This document shows, piece after piece, positions 18,800 through 28,694 of a stretch of 51,878 nucleotides of DNA. The position numbers were made by a program, and so were the translations under genes. Where the stretch lies: contig JBBTQE010000019.1 of NCBI GenBank assembly GCA_038065775.1, forward strand, positions 1 through 51,878, read 5' to 3'. This DNA is from Patescibacteria group bacterium (GTDB taxonomy: Bacteria; Patescibacteriota; Patescibacteriia; Magasanikbacterales; GWA2-37-8). Numbering within the stretch: position 1 is the first letter of the stretch; every line of letters begins with the position of its first letter. Under the pieces are notes generated by a model, which was not told the origin of the DNA, ran no database searches, and saw only the letters and a list, made by a program, of their open reading frames with translations.

Positions 18800-20053
18800 T
18801 TAGAGTTTAGCAAAACCGGTATATTTCTGTAAAATTTTTGGAACCTTAACCGACCCATCTTTCTGCTGATAATTTTCAATTATGGCTATCGGGAATCTAG
18901 AAAGCGGAATTCCGGTTCCGTTTAATGTATGAACATATTCGCACAAACCATCTTCCTTTAAATATTTTATATTCAATCTTCTGGCTTGGTAGTCCGCGCA
19001 ATTACTCGCGCTGGTGATTTCGCCATATCCGCCCTGCTCGTCTTTCCCGCCTTTCATAGTCATCCACGCTTCCAAATCAAACTTCCTGTACGCCGAGCCG
19101 CCTAAATCACCACTTGCAATATCAATTACGCGGTATGGCAACTTAAGACCTTCAACGATCCTCTTTTCAATGTTAAGTAATTCCTGGTGGTATTTTTCAC
19201 TTTCGGTAGGCACGCAAAATACGAACAATTCAAGTTTTGTGAATTGGTGAACACGATACAAGCCTTTGCTTGTGCGACCATAAGCGCCGGCCTCGGTTCT
19301 AAAACAATGCGAGAGAGCCGCATATTTTTTTGGGCCTTTGCTCAAATCCAAAATCTCATTTGCGTGATACCCGCCAACGGCTATCTCGGCGGTTCCAACG
19401 AGGCTTAGGTCGCTATTTTCAATAGAATAAACTTGAGTCTCCTCCCCTCTTGGATTAAAGCCAGCTCCTTTTATTATTTCATTTTTAGCTAAATCCGGAG
19501 TTTCAAGTAAAATATAACCATATTTTTCCGCGATATCTAAACCATAATTTATCAAAGCCTGATTAAATCTCACCATTTTATTTTTTAAAAAATAAAATTT
19601 TGAAGTTGCCACTTTGGCGCCTCTCTCAAAATCAACTAAATCCAGCGAGAGCATGAGTTCCTCGTGATCCTTGGGTTTAAATTTAAAAAGCGTGGGGTTT
19701 TTGTTTGTAGAAATTACTTTAAAATCGTCCTCTCCTCCTATCGGCGAGTCGGGATGGGTTAAATTTGGCACTTGCGCGAGCAAATCCTGATACGTTGTGT
19801 TAATCTTACTCATTTCCAGCTCGAGCATTTTAATATTATCACCGAGATCGCGAAGCTTTGTTATGTCTTCAACGCTAGGTTTGCCTTTTGATTTCCGATT
19901 TCGTTCCGCTCGTAAATCTTCATTTTTTTTTAAATATTCCTTTCTTTTCTCATCCATTTTTAAAAGTTCATCAATGTCAATCTTTACATTTCTGTTTCGG
20001 CAGTTTAATATTATTTTTTCTTTATTTTCTCGTATATATTTTATATCTAGCAT
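18800..20053 (-). CDS. serS: serine--tRNA ligase
   Basis: 417 aa. It has an N-terminal coiled-coil arm (MLDIKYIREN...) and class II core motifs (FRTEAG, GTGIPLSR). Confidence 0.9.
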   Translation of the reverse strand: MLDIKYIRENKEKIILNCRNRNVKIDIDELLKMDEKRKEYLKKNEDLRAERNRKSKGKPSVEDITKLRDLGDNIKMLELEMSKINTTYQDLLAQVPNLTHPDSPIGGEDDFKVISTNKNPTLFKFKPKDHEELMLSLDLVDFERGAKVATSKFYFLKNKMVRFNQALINYGLDIAEKYGYILLETPDLAKNEIIKGAGFNPRGEETQVYSIENSDLSLVGTAEIAVGGYHANEILDLSKGPKKYAALSHCFRTEAGAYGRTSKGLYRVHQFTKLELFVFCVPTESEKYHQELLNIEKRIVEGLKLPYRVIDIASGDLGGSAYRKFDLEAWMTMKGGKDEQGGYGEITSASNCADYQARRLNIKYLKEDGLCEYVHTLNGTGIPLSRFPIAIIENYQQKDGSVKVPKILQKYTGFAKL

Positions 20054-20057
20054 ATTA

Positions 20058-21092
20058 TTAATCTAAATATTTTTTAAGAATTATCCGGTTGCTTTTTGAA
20101 TGAAAACTTTTTTTGTTTAATGGTAAAAAATTTAATTTCAGAGCTTCTTTATAAGTGTACCAACCATGATCAGACGTTTCCGCATCAGCCAGTTTAAATT
20201 GCCCTGATTTTATTTTACAAATATAAAGAACAAGATGCACCTGATAAGCGCCATCAGCGCCACAATTCACAATAGTACTAGGTATGTCCGGCAGTTGTTC
20301 TTTTTTTAGAATATCATAGCCAGTCTCTTCTTCAACCTCTCTTTGAAGTGTTTGGGCAAAAGTTTCGCCATTCTCCACTCCCCCGCCAGGAAATTCCCAT
20401 TTATTATTAAACTCCGGACGTAAATCTCGGCGTTTAGTAACAAGCATTTTTTTATCTTTAATTATAATTCCGGCCACGCAAATAATCTGTTTAAATTCAT
20501 GGTGCTTCATTAAAAAATATTTTATATGATTTATCATCTTCCCTCTGTGACTGATGCTGTTTTTTTCCAACAATGACAATTCGGCAAAAGTTTTTTTAAG
20601 GAGTGGGAAATAAAATATGGAGTCATAACCTAAACCAATTCTGCTCTTCTTGCCGATTGTTTCAGTTATCCGTCCTTTTGTTTTCCCAAAAAAAATTGAA
20701 AAATTATCATCGCTTGGATCGTAAACGCATCCGGCTGCTTCAAAATACGCGCCGCGTTTTTCCTTCGGGACCCCTTTCAATGCTACCAAAAATTTTTTAT
20801 TTCGTTCCGCTTCGGTTGCCCCGTAACGCTTCGTGAGTACACCCGGCGCTCCTTCTAAATAATTAACAAACAAGCCCGTGTCTTCAGCAATTGTTAACAA
20901 TTTGCTTTTTTTTGCAAAAAATCTGGCTTTGACCAGAGCATTTTCCCATGTTGTGTTATACGGCTCCTCTACCTCTAAATTATCCAATTCTAAATCTTTC
21001 AAGTTTACAAAATCAAACGGAAGATCTTCCAGCTCAATCTTTATTTCAGAAAATTTTCCGACGTTGCTTGTAGCAATAAGAATTTTTTTCAT
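20058..21092 (-). CDS. fusion of non-canonical purine NTP pyrophosphatase (RdgB/HAM1) and NUDIX hydrolase
   Basis: The N-terminal half has MKKILIATSNVGKFSEI...AEDTGL...GYDSIF...SHRG, which is the HAM1 family pattern. The C-terminal half has the Nudix box GGGVENGETFAQTLQREVEEETG. Confidence 0.8.
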   Translation of the reverse strand: MKKILIATSNVGKFSEIKIELEDLPFDFVNLKDLELDNLEVEEPYNTTWENALVKARFFAKKSKLLTIAEDTGLFVNYLEGAPGVLTKRYGATEAERNKKFLVALKGVPKEKRGAYFEAAGCVYDPSDDNFSIFFGKTKGRITETIGKKSRIGLGYDSIFYFPLLKKTFAELSLLEKNSISHRGKMINHIKYFLMKHHEFKQIICVAGIIIKDKKMLVTKRRDLRPEFNNKWEFPGGGVENGETFAQTLQREVEEETGYDILKKEQLPDIPSTIVNCGADGAYQVHLVLYICKIKSGQFKLADAETSDHGWYTYKEALKLNFLPLNKKSFHSKSNRIILKKYLD

Positions 21093-21094
21093 AT

Positions 21095-21514
21095 CTATTC
21101 ATTCGTCTCGTTCGCTTCTAAAAGTTCCCTGATTTTAGAGCTTTTATATATTTCCGGCATGAACGGCTTTAAGCGAACGATTTGGACACAATCATCCACC
21201 GCGTCTGATAAGTTGTCAATAAAAACTTTTTGATCATAGCCAAGGGCGATTACATCCGGTTTCTCGTCGGCAATTACTTTATATTTGTCTCCTATACAAC
21301 CGAGGCGGACCTTGTCCGCGATTTTTAATTTTTTTAAATTTTCTAATCTGGTTTCCTCATCATATTTTGGGTCTTTGCCCTTTATATGACAAACTGTGTA
21401 ATCTCTTGCGACAACAGCGATTAAATAATCGCCATATTCACGCGCTTCATTAAGCAAATGAATGTGGCCATCATGGATTATGTCAAATGTTCCAAAAACT
21501 ATGACTTTTTTCAT
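21095..21514 (-). CDS. cytidylyltransferase-like nucleotidyltransferase (archaeal RibL-type FAD synthase-like)
   Basis: 139 aa. It has VFGTFDIIHDGHIHLL (the HxGH motif) and overall collinearity with small RibL/TagD-type enzymes. Confidence 0.6.
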   Translation of the reverse strand: MKKVIVFGTFDIIHDGHIHLLNEAREYGDYLIAVVARDYTVCHIKGKDPKYDEETRLENLKKLKIADKVRLGCIGDKYKVIADEKPDVIALGYDQKVFIDNLSDAVDDCVQIVRLKPFMPEIYKSSKIRELLEANETNE

Positions 21515-21529
21515 AGAATTAAAAAATAA

Positions 21530-22987
21530 TTACAATTGCGGCCTTAAAGTCGGAAAAAGTATGACTTCTTTCAAATTCTGGGCATCTACAAGAAGTTTGA
21601 TCAACCTATCTATGCCCATCCCGAGCCCCGCGGTCGGAGGCATTCCATATTTTAAAGCATTAATATAGTCTTCATCATACGGCATGCCCTCCTCGTCTCC
21701 GGCCCTTCGCAACCGTTCTTGTTCGGAAAATCTCGCCTCTTGGTCTATCGGATCGTTTAATTCGGAGAATCCGTTGCAAAGTTCATTTCCGCCGGCGCAC
21801 AGCAATTGCATCCTTTCAACATATCTTGAATTTTCGCTTTTCTTTTTTGCTAAAGGTGAAAGTTCAACCGGGTGATCTATAACAAAAATTGGGTTTATTA
21901 TCTTAGGTCTGACATATTTTTTATAAATCTCATCAACCAATTTTCCATAACCGGCCTTTGAATCCACATCCTCAATTTTGAGATCCACGGCTTTTTTAAA
22001 CAGTGATTTTTGATCAGAAAAATCTTCAATATCAATTTTTGCGTATTTTTTTATTAATTCTGTCATTGTTTTTCTTGGGTAAGGCGGTGAAAAATCAACC
22101 GTCTCGTCCCCTACTTTAAATCTTAATGATAAGCCGGCGGCCTTAATAATCGTCGGTAAAAAATCTTCCATTAAATTCATTAAATCATTATAATCCGCGT
22201 ATGCCCAATAAAATTCAATCTGCGTAAATTCCGGATTATGATTATTATCTACGCCTTCATTTCTAAAACACTTTGCAATCTCATAAATTTTTTCAAAACC
22301 GCCGACAATCAAACGTTTTAAATACAATTCCGGCGCGATGCGCAGGTACAGCGGCATGTCTAACGCGTTGTGATGCGTTACAAACGGGCGCGCCATAGCT
22401 CCACCATAAATTGACTGAAGAATTGGCGTTTCTACCTCATAAAAATCTTTTTCATCAAAATATTTGCGGATTTCTTTAACAACGCGACTGCGTATTTTTG
22501 CCACTTGCATCGAGCCGTCATTTGCGATTAAATCCAGGTACCTTTGTCTGTATCTTGTTTCAACATCCGCTAATCCATGAAATTTTTCTGGGGGTGGCAG
22601 TAAAGACTTGGCGAGAAGTGAATATTTTTTAACAAGGGCAGTTATTTCACCTTTGTGAGTGGTAAAAATTTCTCCGTTAATTTCAACAAAATCTCCTAAA
22701 TCAAAATTTTTTATAAAAAATTTGTAGTCTTCTTTTCCAAGTTCTTTTTCCGAAAAAGCGGCCTGTAATTTTCCAGACTCATCCTTTAAGTTGACAAAAC
22801 ATATCTTGCCCATTTCTCTCTTCAAAATTATTCTTCCGGCAATATTAACCAGCGTCTTTTCGGGACTTTTTTTAGCCGAATCAAGCGTGCAATTTCTGTT
22901 TGATCTGCTTGGGTAGGGATTAATACCGAGAGAACGAAAATATTCTAAACGTTGTTTTCGCGCTTGACCTTCGCCTGTTTGAATCAT
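21530..22987 (-). CDS. lysS: lysine--tRNA ligase (class II)
   Basis: 485 aa. An OB anticodon-binding domain is followed by a class II core (FRNEGVDNNHNPEFT, GLGMGIDRL). Confidence 0.9.
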   Translation of the reverse strand: MIQTGEGQARKQRLEYFRSLGINPYPSRSNRNCTLDSAKKSPEKTLVNIAGRIILKREMGKICFVNLKDESGKLQAAFSEKELGKEDYKFFIKNFDLGDFVEINGEIFTTHKGEITALVKKYSLLAKSLLPPPEKFHGLADVETRYRQRYLDLIANDGSMQVAKIRSRVVKEIRKYFDEKDFYEVETPILQSIYGGAMARPFVTHHNALDMPLYLRIAPELYLKRLIVGGFEKIYEIAKCFRNEGVDNNHNPEFTQIEFYWAYADYNDLMNLMEDFLPTIIKAAGLSLRFKVGDETVDFSPPYPRKTMTELIKKYAKIDIEDFSDQKSLFKKAVDLKIEDVDSKAGYGKLVDEIYKKYVRPKIINPIFVIDHPVELSPLAKKKSENSRYVERMQLLCAGGNELCNGFSELNDPIDQEARFSEQERLRRAGDEEGMPYDEDYINALKYGMPPTAGLGMGIDRLIKLLVDAQNLKEVILFPTLRPQL

Positions 22988-23007
22988 AAATTATTGTAAA
23001 TTTTGAA

Positions 23008-23472
23008 TTATACTATGTCTAATATTTGGTATGTCTGTTTACCAGCCGGGGTTTCAATTTCAACGTTTTCGCCAGCTTTTCGTCCCAAAAAAGAGGCTCC
23101 CAGTGGAGACTCATTAGAAATCTTGCCGGATAATGGGTCAGCCTCATGAGGTCCAACTATAGTATATTTTTTTAATTTATCGTTATTTTTTATCGTAATT
23201 TCGCTTCCTACTACCACAAATCCAGCCTTATTTATAGTTTTTTCAAGAATTTCGGCATGATCTAAAACATGCCGCAGTTCCAACATTCTCCCTTGTGCCC
23301 ACGCCATTTCTTCTTTTGCCTGATGATACTCGGCATTTTCGGATAAATCGCCCTGTTGTTTCGCCTCGTCAATTTTTGATGCTATCTCTGGAATTTTTAT
23401 ATCCACTATTTCTCGAAGTTCTTTTTCAACTTCTTCATAACCACTTTTGGTTAGGTATTGGGTATTAATCAT
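23008..23472 (-). CDS. greA: transcription elongation factor GreA
   Basis: 154 aa with GDLSENAEYHQAKEE and a C-terminal FKBP-like domain (ISNESPLGASFLG). Confidence 0.9.
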   Translation of the reverse strand: MINTQYLTKSGYEEVEKELREIVDIKIPEIASKIDEAKQQGDLSENAEYHQAKEEMAWAQGRMLELRHVLDHAEILEKTINKAGFVVVGSEITIKNNDKLKKYTIVGPHEADPLSGKISNESPLGASFLGRKAGENVEIETPAGKQTYQILDIV

Positions 23473-23537
23473 AAATCTTTTTTACCTCTTATAAGCAAAA
23501 ATTTGAGCCTTGCGCAGGTACATTATTATGCCATTTT

Positions 23538-23566
23538 ATAATACTTTAAGATCGTCAAAAAGTCAA
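23538..23566 (-). promoter_or_regulatory. candidate sigma-70-type promoter of greA
   Basis: On the minus strand: TTGACT (23566-23561), a 17-nt spacer, then TATTAT (23543-23538). An AGAGG Shine-Dalgarno sequence lies upstream of the greA ATG. Confidence 0.35.
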
Positions 23567-23568
23567 AA

Positions 23569-25533
23569 TCAACTGTTATATTGCTTGTTCCACCAAATCA
23601 AAAAGTCCCTGGCAACCGGCTGGGCTACAATACTGCCTTCGCCCCCTTCTTCTATCAAAATAGTAATAACAACTCTTGGCGATTCAAACGGCGCAAATGC
23701 AGTAAACCATGCATGGTTATTTTTATTTGAGCTCCATTGTGCCGTTCCGGTCTTTCCGGCTGAAGAAAAAGCTAGCCCGCGCAACTGTTGGCAGCTGCCA
23801 TACTCAACGCACGCTTTCATACCCGCTCTTACAACTGCTAAATTTTTGCCGCTTACAGGCAAATTCGCGGTCTCATATTTTATTTTAGTAGCCTTTTTGG
23901 TTTCCTGATCTATTATGACGTCAACCAAATGAGGTTTTATAATTTTGCCGGTAGCCACAGCTGAAGTCCAAAGCGCAACCTGAATTGGGGTTACTAATAA
24001 ATCTCCCTGCCCGATAGATAAGTTATAGGTATCTCCAATAAACCAACTTTCTCCCTTAACAGTTTTTTTCCATTCTTTACTTGGTAAAAAACCTTCCGCT
24101 TCGCCTGATAGATCAATGCCTGTTTTTTTTGCTAAACCAAATAATTTCATGTACTCAATCAGTTTATCCGCTCCAAGGCCGGTAAATTTTTTATAACCCC
24201 CGCCAATATAATAAAAGTAAGTATTTACAGACCACGCGATTGCTTTTACCATATTCGTCACTCCGTGCCCGCCTAAACTCCAATCTTTAAAAAGCCGCCC
24301 TCCCGCAGTCAAGCCCCCTGTGCTCAAAACAGTAGTCCCTGGCGTAACGATATTTTCTTCTAAAGCCGCAACTGAAACTACTAATTTTATTGTTGACCCT
24401 GATGGATAAGTGCCGGCGATCGCTCTATTAAATAACGGATTATTTGGGTCTTCAGAATATTTCCTATAATCTTCCTGCGATATTCCACCTGAAAATTTAT
24501 TTACATCAAAAGTTGGTAAACTTACCAAAGCTATGATCGCTCCATTGTTCGGTTCTATAACTACACCGATAGCCTTTTGTGTGCCGGTTTTTTTTAATGC
24601 GATCTCAAGCAAGCTTTCAAGTTTCCGTTGCGCTTCCAGATCTAACGTTAGTTTTAAATCTTGCCCTGGAACGGGCGCGTTTTCACTAAGGATCGTCTGC
24701 TCATGGCCAAAGGCGTCAACTTCAACTTTCTTATTTCCGTATTTACCGCGAAGTTCTTTTTCGTAGTATTTTTCCAATCCCATTTTTCCAATATTGTCAG
24801 CTAACAAATACCCATTATTTTTAAGTTCTAGAGATTGTTTTTCATCAAGCTTGCCAAGATAACCCAAAATATGGGACAAACTTATGGTGCTTGAATTAGA
24901 TTTAACCTCAACATTTATTGAATACTGCCTTTTGCTACCTTTTTCTATTGATATTCCAGGCATTCGCGAGCTCTCTATATAAAGGCGCAAGGCTGATTCA
25001 TAATCAAGATTTTCCTTAATTACTATTGATGCGTAACTGTATGCGCGATATCTTTCCAACAATTCAACAATTTGGCTCTTGGACACCCCGCTTAATTCCT
25101 CTACTTTCTTAATTACCTCGTCTCTTTTTTTGGGTTCCTTTGGAACATCCTGCGGAACAAGCGCCAACGAAAAATTAGGCACATTTTGAACAAGCTCATT
25201 ACCTTTTTTATCAAAAATTACGCCCCTTTCTGAAATTACAGGCTTTATTCTGATTCTATTGCCTTCCGCCAACCCTCTATAGTGCTCACCTTTTAATATT
25301 TGTAGATAAAAAATTTTAATTAAAATTATAAAAATACCCAAAATAATAATCAAACTAAAAAAAGAGATTTTTTTAAGATCCACACTTTTGCCAAGATAAT
25401 CTTTTGTTTGTGAAATCTTGACTTGCTTACCAGACGACCTTTCAAAATTAAAAGACTCTTCCACCCAATCGTGATTATATTTACCTTTTAAATTAGGAGC
25501 GCCATCATTTGTTTTGTTTTTTTTAAAAAACAT
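23569..25533 (-). CDS. mrdA: penicillin-binding protein 2 (elongasome transpeptidase)
   Basis: 654 aa with an N-terminal TM helix. The transpeptidase motifs are SxxK (GSTIKLV), SxN (WSVNTY) and KTG (GKTGTA). It lies directly downstream of mreBCD. Confidence 0.85.
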   Translation of the reverse strand: MFFKKNKTNDGAPNLKGKYNHDWVEESFNFERSSGKQVKISQTKDYLGKSVDLKKISFFSLIIILGIFIILIKIFYLQILKGEHYRGLAEGNRIRIKPVISERGVIFDKKGNELVQNVPNFSLALVPQDVPKEPKKRDEVIKKVEELSGVSKSQIVELLERYRAYSYASIVIKENLDYESALRLYIESSRMPGISIEKGSKRQYSINVEVKSNSSTISLSHILGYLGKLDEKQSLELKNNGYLLADNIGKMGLEKYYEKELRGKYGNKKVEVDAFGHEQTILSENAPVPGQDLKLTLDLEAQRKLESLLEIALKKTGTQKAIGVVIEPNNGAIIALVSLPTFDVNKFSGGISQEDYRKYSEDPNNPLFNRAIAGTYPSGSTIKLVVSVAALEENIVTPGTTVLSTGGLTAGGRLFKDWSLGGHGVTNMVKAIAWSVNTYFYYIGGGYKKFTGLGADKLIEYMKLFGLAKKTGIDLSGEAEGFLPSKEWKKTVKGESWFIGDTYNLSIGQGDLLVTPIQVALWTSAVATGKIIKPHLVDVIIDQETKKATKIKYETANLPVSGKNLAVVRAGMKACVEYGSCQQLRGLAFSSAGKTGTAQWSSNKNNHAWFTAFAPFESPRVVITILIEEGGEGSIVAQPVARDFLIWWNKQYNS

Positions 25534-25544
25534 GCGCGCGCGGC

Positions 25545-26087
25545 TTAAAATGTTATTTTTTTTCTTCCAACATAACCAGTGTTAAGATTTTTTATTACTT
25601 TTTTCCCAATTAAATAAATAATCACGAGAACAGAAGTCGTGAAAATAATTTCCCAAAAAATATCAACAAATATATTTACTGAAAAAGAAACCGCTAGGTC
25701 TCTAAAAAAATTTGTAAAGAAAGTTAGGGCTAAAAAAAATAATCTATATATTATTACGCTTATAATTGTTGAGAGGAAAACCATATAAATTGTTCTGTTT
25801 GTCAAAAGGTTGCTCATCAGCCACGCGATAAATATTACGCTTAACATCATCGAAAGAATGCCAACTCCAAATAAATTACCGCTTAGTAATTCTGACGCGT
25901 ATGCCAAAACAAAACCTGTTAATAAAACATTAAATCGCGAATTGACTATCATCAACCAAAGTACGACCACCAGAGGGACATTTATGTGATTAACCGGGTA
26001 AGGAAAAAAATTTAAAGAAGAGATATGGATTATCAGAATAAAAAAGTAAAAAAGCAGATACTCTAGCAATCTTAAAATGGATTTCAT
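25545..26087 (-). CDS. mreD: rod shape-determining protein MreD (polytopic membrane protein)
   Basis: 180 aa and very hydrophobic. The call rests on its position after mreC; it overlaps the mreC stop. Confidence 0.6.
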   Translation of the reverse strand: MKSILRLLEYLLFYFFILIIHISSLNFFPYPVNHINVPLVVVLWLMIVNSRFNVLLTGFVLAYASELLSGNLFGVGILSMMLSVIFIAWLMSNLLTNRTIYMVFLSTIISVIIYRLFFLALTFFTNFFRDLAVSFSVNIFVDIFWEIIFTTSVLVIIYLIGKKVIKNLNTGYVGRKKITF

Positions 26088-26881
26088 ACGCCATTTTCAG
26101 TAAGCACGCTTACGATAAATAATTTTGACAGATCAGTAGCGGTAGTTAAAATAGCTTGTTGAAATGGTTGAAACGATTCATTTTGGGCTACAGCAACCTC
26201 TCCGATCAGCAAGCCCTTTGGAATATTTTTCTCAAGGCCGGATGTAATAATCTTGTCTCCAACCAAAATAATTTCATTTCTAGGTATAAAATTCATTTTA
26301 ATGCTTAGTCCGTAGCCACCTTCCACAACTCCCAAACTTTGATCTCTGTTTAATATTGTGGCCGCAATTTTACTTTGATTATCATTTAATAAACGAACGA
26401 TTGATGTATCTTTTTCCACATGGCTGACAATTCCTACAAGAATACCTTCCCCTACTATTACTGGTTGATCCATGCGAATTCCAGCGGTCTCGCCAGCATC
26501 AATGATAATCATTTTTTGTAAGCTGTCAGAATTTTTACCAATAACACTTGTCGTTATCTTTAAATAATTGCTCCCTTGAAAAAAATTTAAAATTTTCTTG
26601 AGTTCGGCATTTTCAGTTTCCAAAACTTTAAGTTTTACGTAAGAAACTTCAAATTCTTGCGATTTAACTAAATAAGTTTGATAATTTCGCTTCAATTCGT
26701 CGTCTCTTTTAAAAAAATCTGAAAATTGGATGCGCCATACGTTAAGTTTGAAAGATATTGGTTTTAATAAATATCTTACGCCGGACTCAACTCCACTTAA
26801 ATACCCAGCATAATGTAAAAAAAATAAGATCGCTAAAAAAAGGCTAATTATAATATAAGTTTTTGATTTTGCCGGTCGCAT
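26084..26881 (-). CDS. mreC: rod shape-determining protein MreC
   Basis: 265 aa. An N-terminal TM helix and a coiled coil (ENAELKKIL) are followed by beta-barrel domains (PVIVGEGILVGIV, GLLIGEV). Confidence 0.8.
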   Translation of the reverse strand: MRPAKSKTYIIISLFLAILFFLHYAGYLSGVESGVRYLLKPISFKLNVWRIQFSDFFKRDDELKRNYQTYLVKSQEFEVSYVKLKVLETENAELKKILNFFQGSNYLKITTSVIGKNSDSLQKMIIIDAGETAGIRMDQPVIVGEGILVGIVSHVEKDTSIVRLLNDNQSKIAATILNRDQSLGVVEGGYGLSIKMNFIPRNEIILVGDKIITSGLEKNIPKGLLIGEVAVAQNESFQPFQQAILTTATDLSKLFIVSVLTENGV

Positions 26882-26890
26882 AAAAATTAC

Positions 26891-27937
26891 TTAAGCGGTT
26901 TCCTTGTCTGTATTAATAGCGACCTCATTCAAAAGTTCCGGCTCGTCTAAAAGGATGCCAGTGCCGCGGGCGACTGATGTAAGCGCGTCATCCGCTATTC
27001 TAACTGGAATTTCCGTGGCTCTGGCTATCAACCGATCCAAACCGCGCAACAGGGCTCCGCCTCCAGATAAGACAATGCCTCTTTCGTGAATATCCGCCAC
27101 AAGTTCCGGCGGAGTTACCTCAAGAGTAGCTTTAATATTTTCAATAATAGTTCTAAGAGATTTGGCGATTGCTTCTCTAACATTAGAATCGTCTATCATT
27201 ATTTCTTTGGGTAAACCGGTGACAAGATCCCGACCCCTCATAGGAAAATGCATCGGTTCTTTTACTTCAATCGCGGATCCTATTTTAATTTTAATTTCAT
27301 CAGCTTGCTTTTCTCCAAGCAGAAGGTTGAAATGATCGCGAGCATATTGAACAATATTTTTGTTAAGTTCATCCCCGGCGATTCGAAGTGATTTCCAAGT
27401 AACAATACCCCCCAGAGATATAACAGCAATTTCAGTTGTTCCGCCACCCATTTCCACAATAAAATTTCCAACCGGCTCTTTAATCGGCATACGCGCGCCG
27501 ATCGCCGCAGACATCGGTTCTTGAACAATTATGACTTCCCTAGCCCCCGCATTTGTGGCGGCATCATTTATCGCTTTAAGTTCAACTTCTGTAATTTCAA
27601 GAGGAGCGCCAATGACTATGCGCGGGCGTGTCATAAAATTCATGCTGTTTTCATAAACTTTGTCGATAAAATAACGCAACATTTTTTCTGTTACTTCAAA
27701 ATCCGAAATAATTCCATTAACAAGTGGACGAGTGGTAATTATGTGAGGCGGAGTCTTGCCAAGCATTTCTCTCGCTTCATTGCCCACGGCCAAAATTTGT
27801 TCGGTCTTTGTGTTTATTGCAACTACGCTTGGTTCATTTATTATTATTCCCCTTCCTTTAACATAAACAAGGGTGTTTGCGGTACCCAAATCTATGCCAA
27901 TATCCTTTCTAAATCGGCCTAAAAAATTACTCAACAT
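26891..27937 (-). CDS. mreB: rod shape-determining actin homologue MreB
   Basis: 348 aa with IGIDLGTANTLVY, EMGGGTTEIAV and VLSGGGALLRGLD. Confidence 0.92.
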   Translation of the reverse strand: MLSNFLGRFRKDIGIDLGTANTLVYVKGRGIIINEPSVVAINTKTEQILAVGNEAREMLGKTPPHIITTRPLVNGIISDFEVTEKMLRYFIDKVYENSMNFMTRPRIVIGAPLEITEVELKAINDAATNAGAREVIIVQEPMSAAIGARMPIKEPVGNFIVEMGGGTTEIAVISLGGIVTWKSLRIAGDELNKNIVQYARDHFNLLLGEKQADEIKIKIGSAIEVKEPMHFPMRGRDLVTGLPKEIMIDDSNVREAIAKSLRTIIENIKATLEVTPPELVADIHERGIVLSGGGALLRGLDRLIARATEIPVRIADDALTSVARGTGILLDEPELLNEVAINTDKETA

Positions 27938-27940
27938 ACA

Positions 27941-28342
27941 TCAAGAAGCCAAATCTTTATTATTGTATTTTCGTTTCGTAAATAGAATTCCTTCCATAAC
28001 AAAAAAAAGTAAAAGCAACAAAGTTCCGTTCCACCATGTTAAAAGTCTGGCCTGCAAAAGCAAGAGTCCAAAAATTATCATTAACGAAATTAGAATCCCT
28101 TGTCTAAATGTACGTTTTACATGATGAAAAACGGCTTCATCCAATCTAATCATTCGTCTGCGGATTAAAAATCCAATTACTGATACTGTGCCGGTTAGAG
28201 ATAGGAATAAACTGGCATAGAAAAATATAAAACCGGCGACGCCAGCTTGCTTAGGATCTATGCTGTTAATAACAAAAAACCAAGCCCCCCAACAAATCGC
28301 GGCCCCAATTGACATTAAAATCAGGTATTGCCTCAAAGTCAT
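27941..28342 (-). CDS. small integral membrane protein, unknown function
   Basis: 133 aa with about four hydrophobic helices. It is tightly packed between the DciA-like gene and mreB. Confidence 0.55.
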   Translation of the reverse strand: MTLRQYLILMSIGAAICWGAWFFVINSIDPKQAGVAGFIFFYASLFLSLTGTVSVIGFLIRRRMIRLDEAVFHHVKRTFRQGILISLMIIFGLLLLQARLLTWWNGTLLLLLFFVMEGILFTKRKYNNKDLAS

Positions 28343-28401
28343 ACAGCTCCTTTATTTTATCCTCTTTTACTCGGTTTGGCAAGGTTTAAAAAATAACGAT
28401 T

Positions 28402-28692
28402 TTAAGCCAAATATCTTATTCTTTCAACGGTCTGTTTACCGAACTTATTTTTTAATTTTTCAATTATCGTCCGTTCGTTTAGCCGAATTTCTTGCGCCGC
28501 AACACTGCTAAGACATGTTATGGCCAAAATTTTATTTTTTAAATACAGCGCGCGGGCGAATTTTTGAATTTCCGCGCCGAGAATTTCTTTTAAAATTATA
28601 TTGGCCTCGTCAACAACAAGAGAGGCCTCAACGGCTTTCCAAACCACAGATCCGCCCATTTGTTTTTTAAGCAAATCGCCAAGCAACTTCAT
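28402..28692 (-). CDS. DUF721 / DciA-like protein
   Basis: The start is taken at MKLLGDLL (28692), 2 nt after the helicase stop. The pattern ...ARALYLKNKILAITCLSSVAAQEIRLNERTIIEKLNKFG...VERIRY is DUF721-like. Confidence 0.55.
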   Translation of the reverse strand: MKLLGDLLKKQMGGSVVWKAVEASLVVDEANIILKEILGAEIQKFARALYLKNKILAITCLSSVAAQEIRLNERTIIEKLKNKFGKQTVERIRYLA

Positions 28693-28694
28693 TG

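Noticed and set aside
23510-23908. 132-aa plus-strand ORF overlapping the PBP2 3' end and the greA promoter region
   Set aside because: It is antisense to the conserved KTG-containing end of PBP2 and has no recognisable domain.
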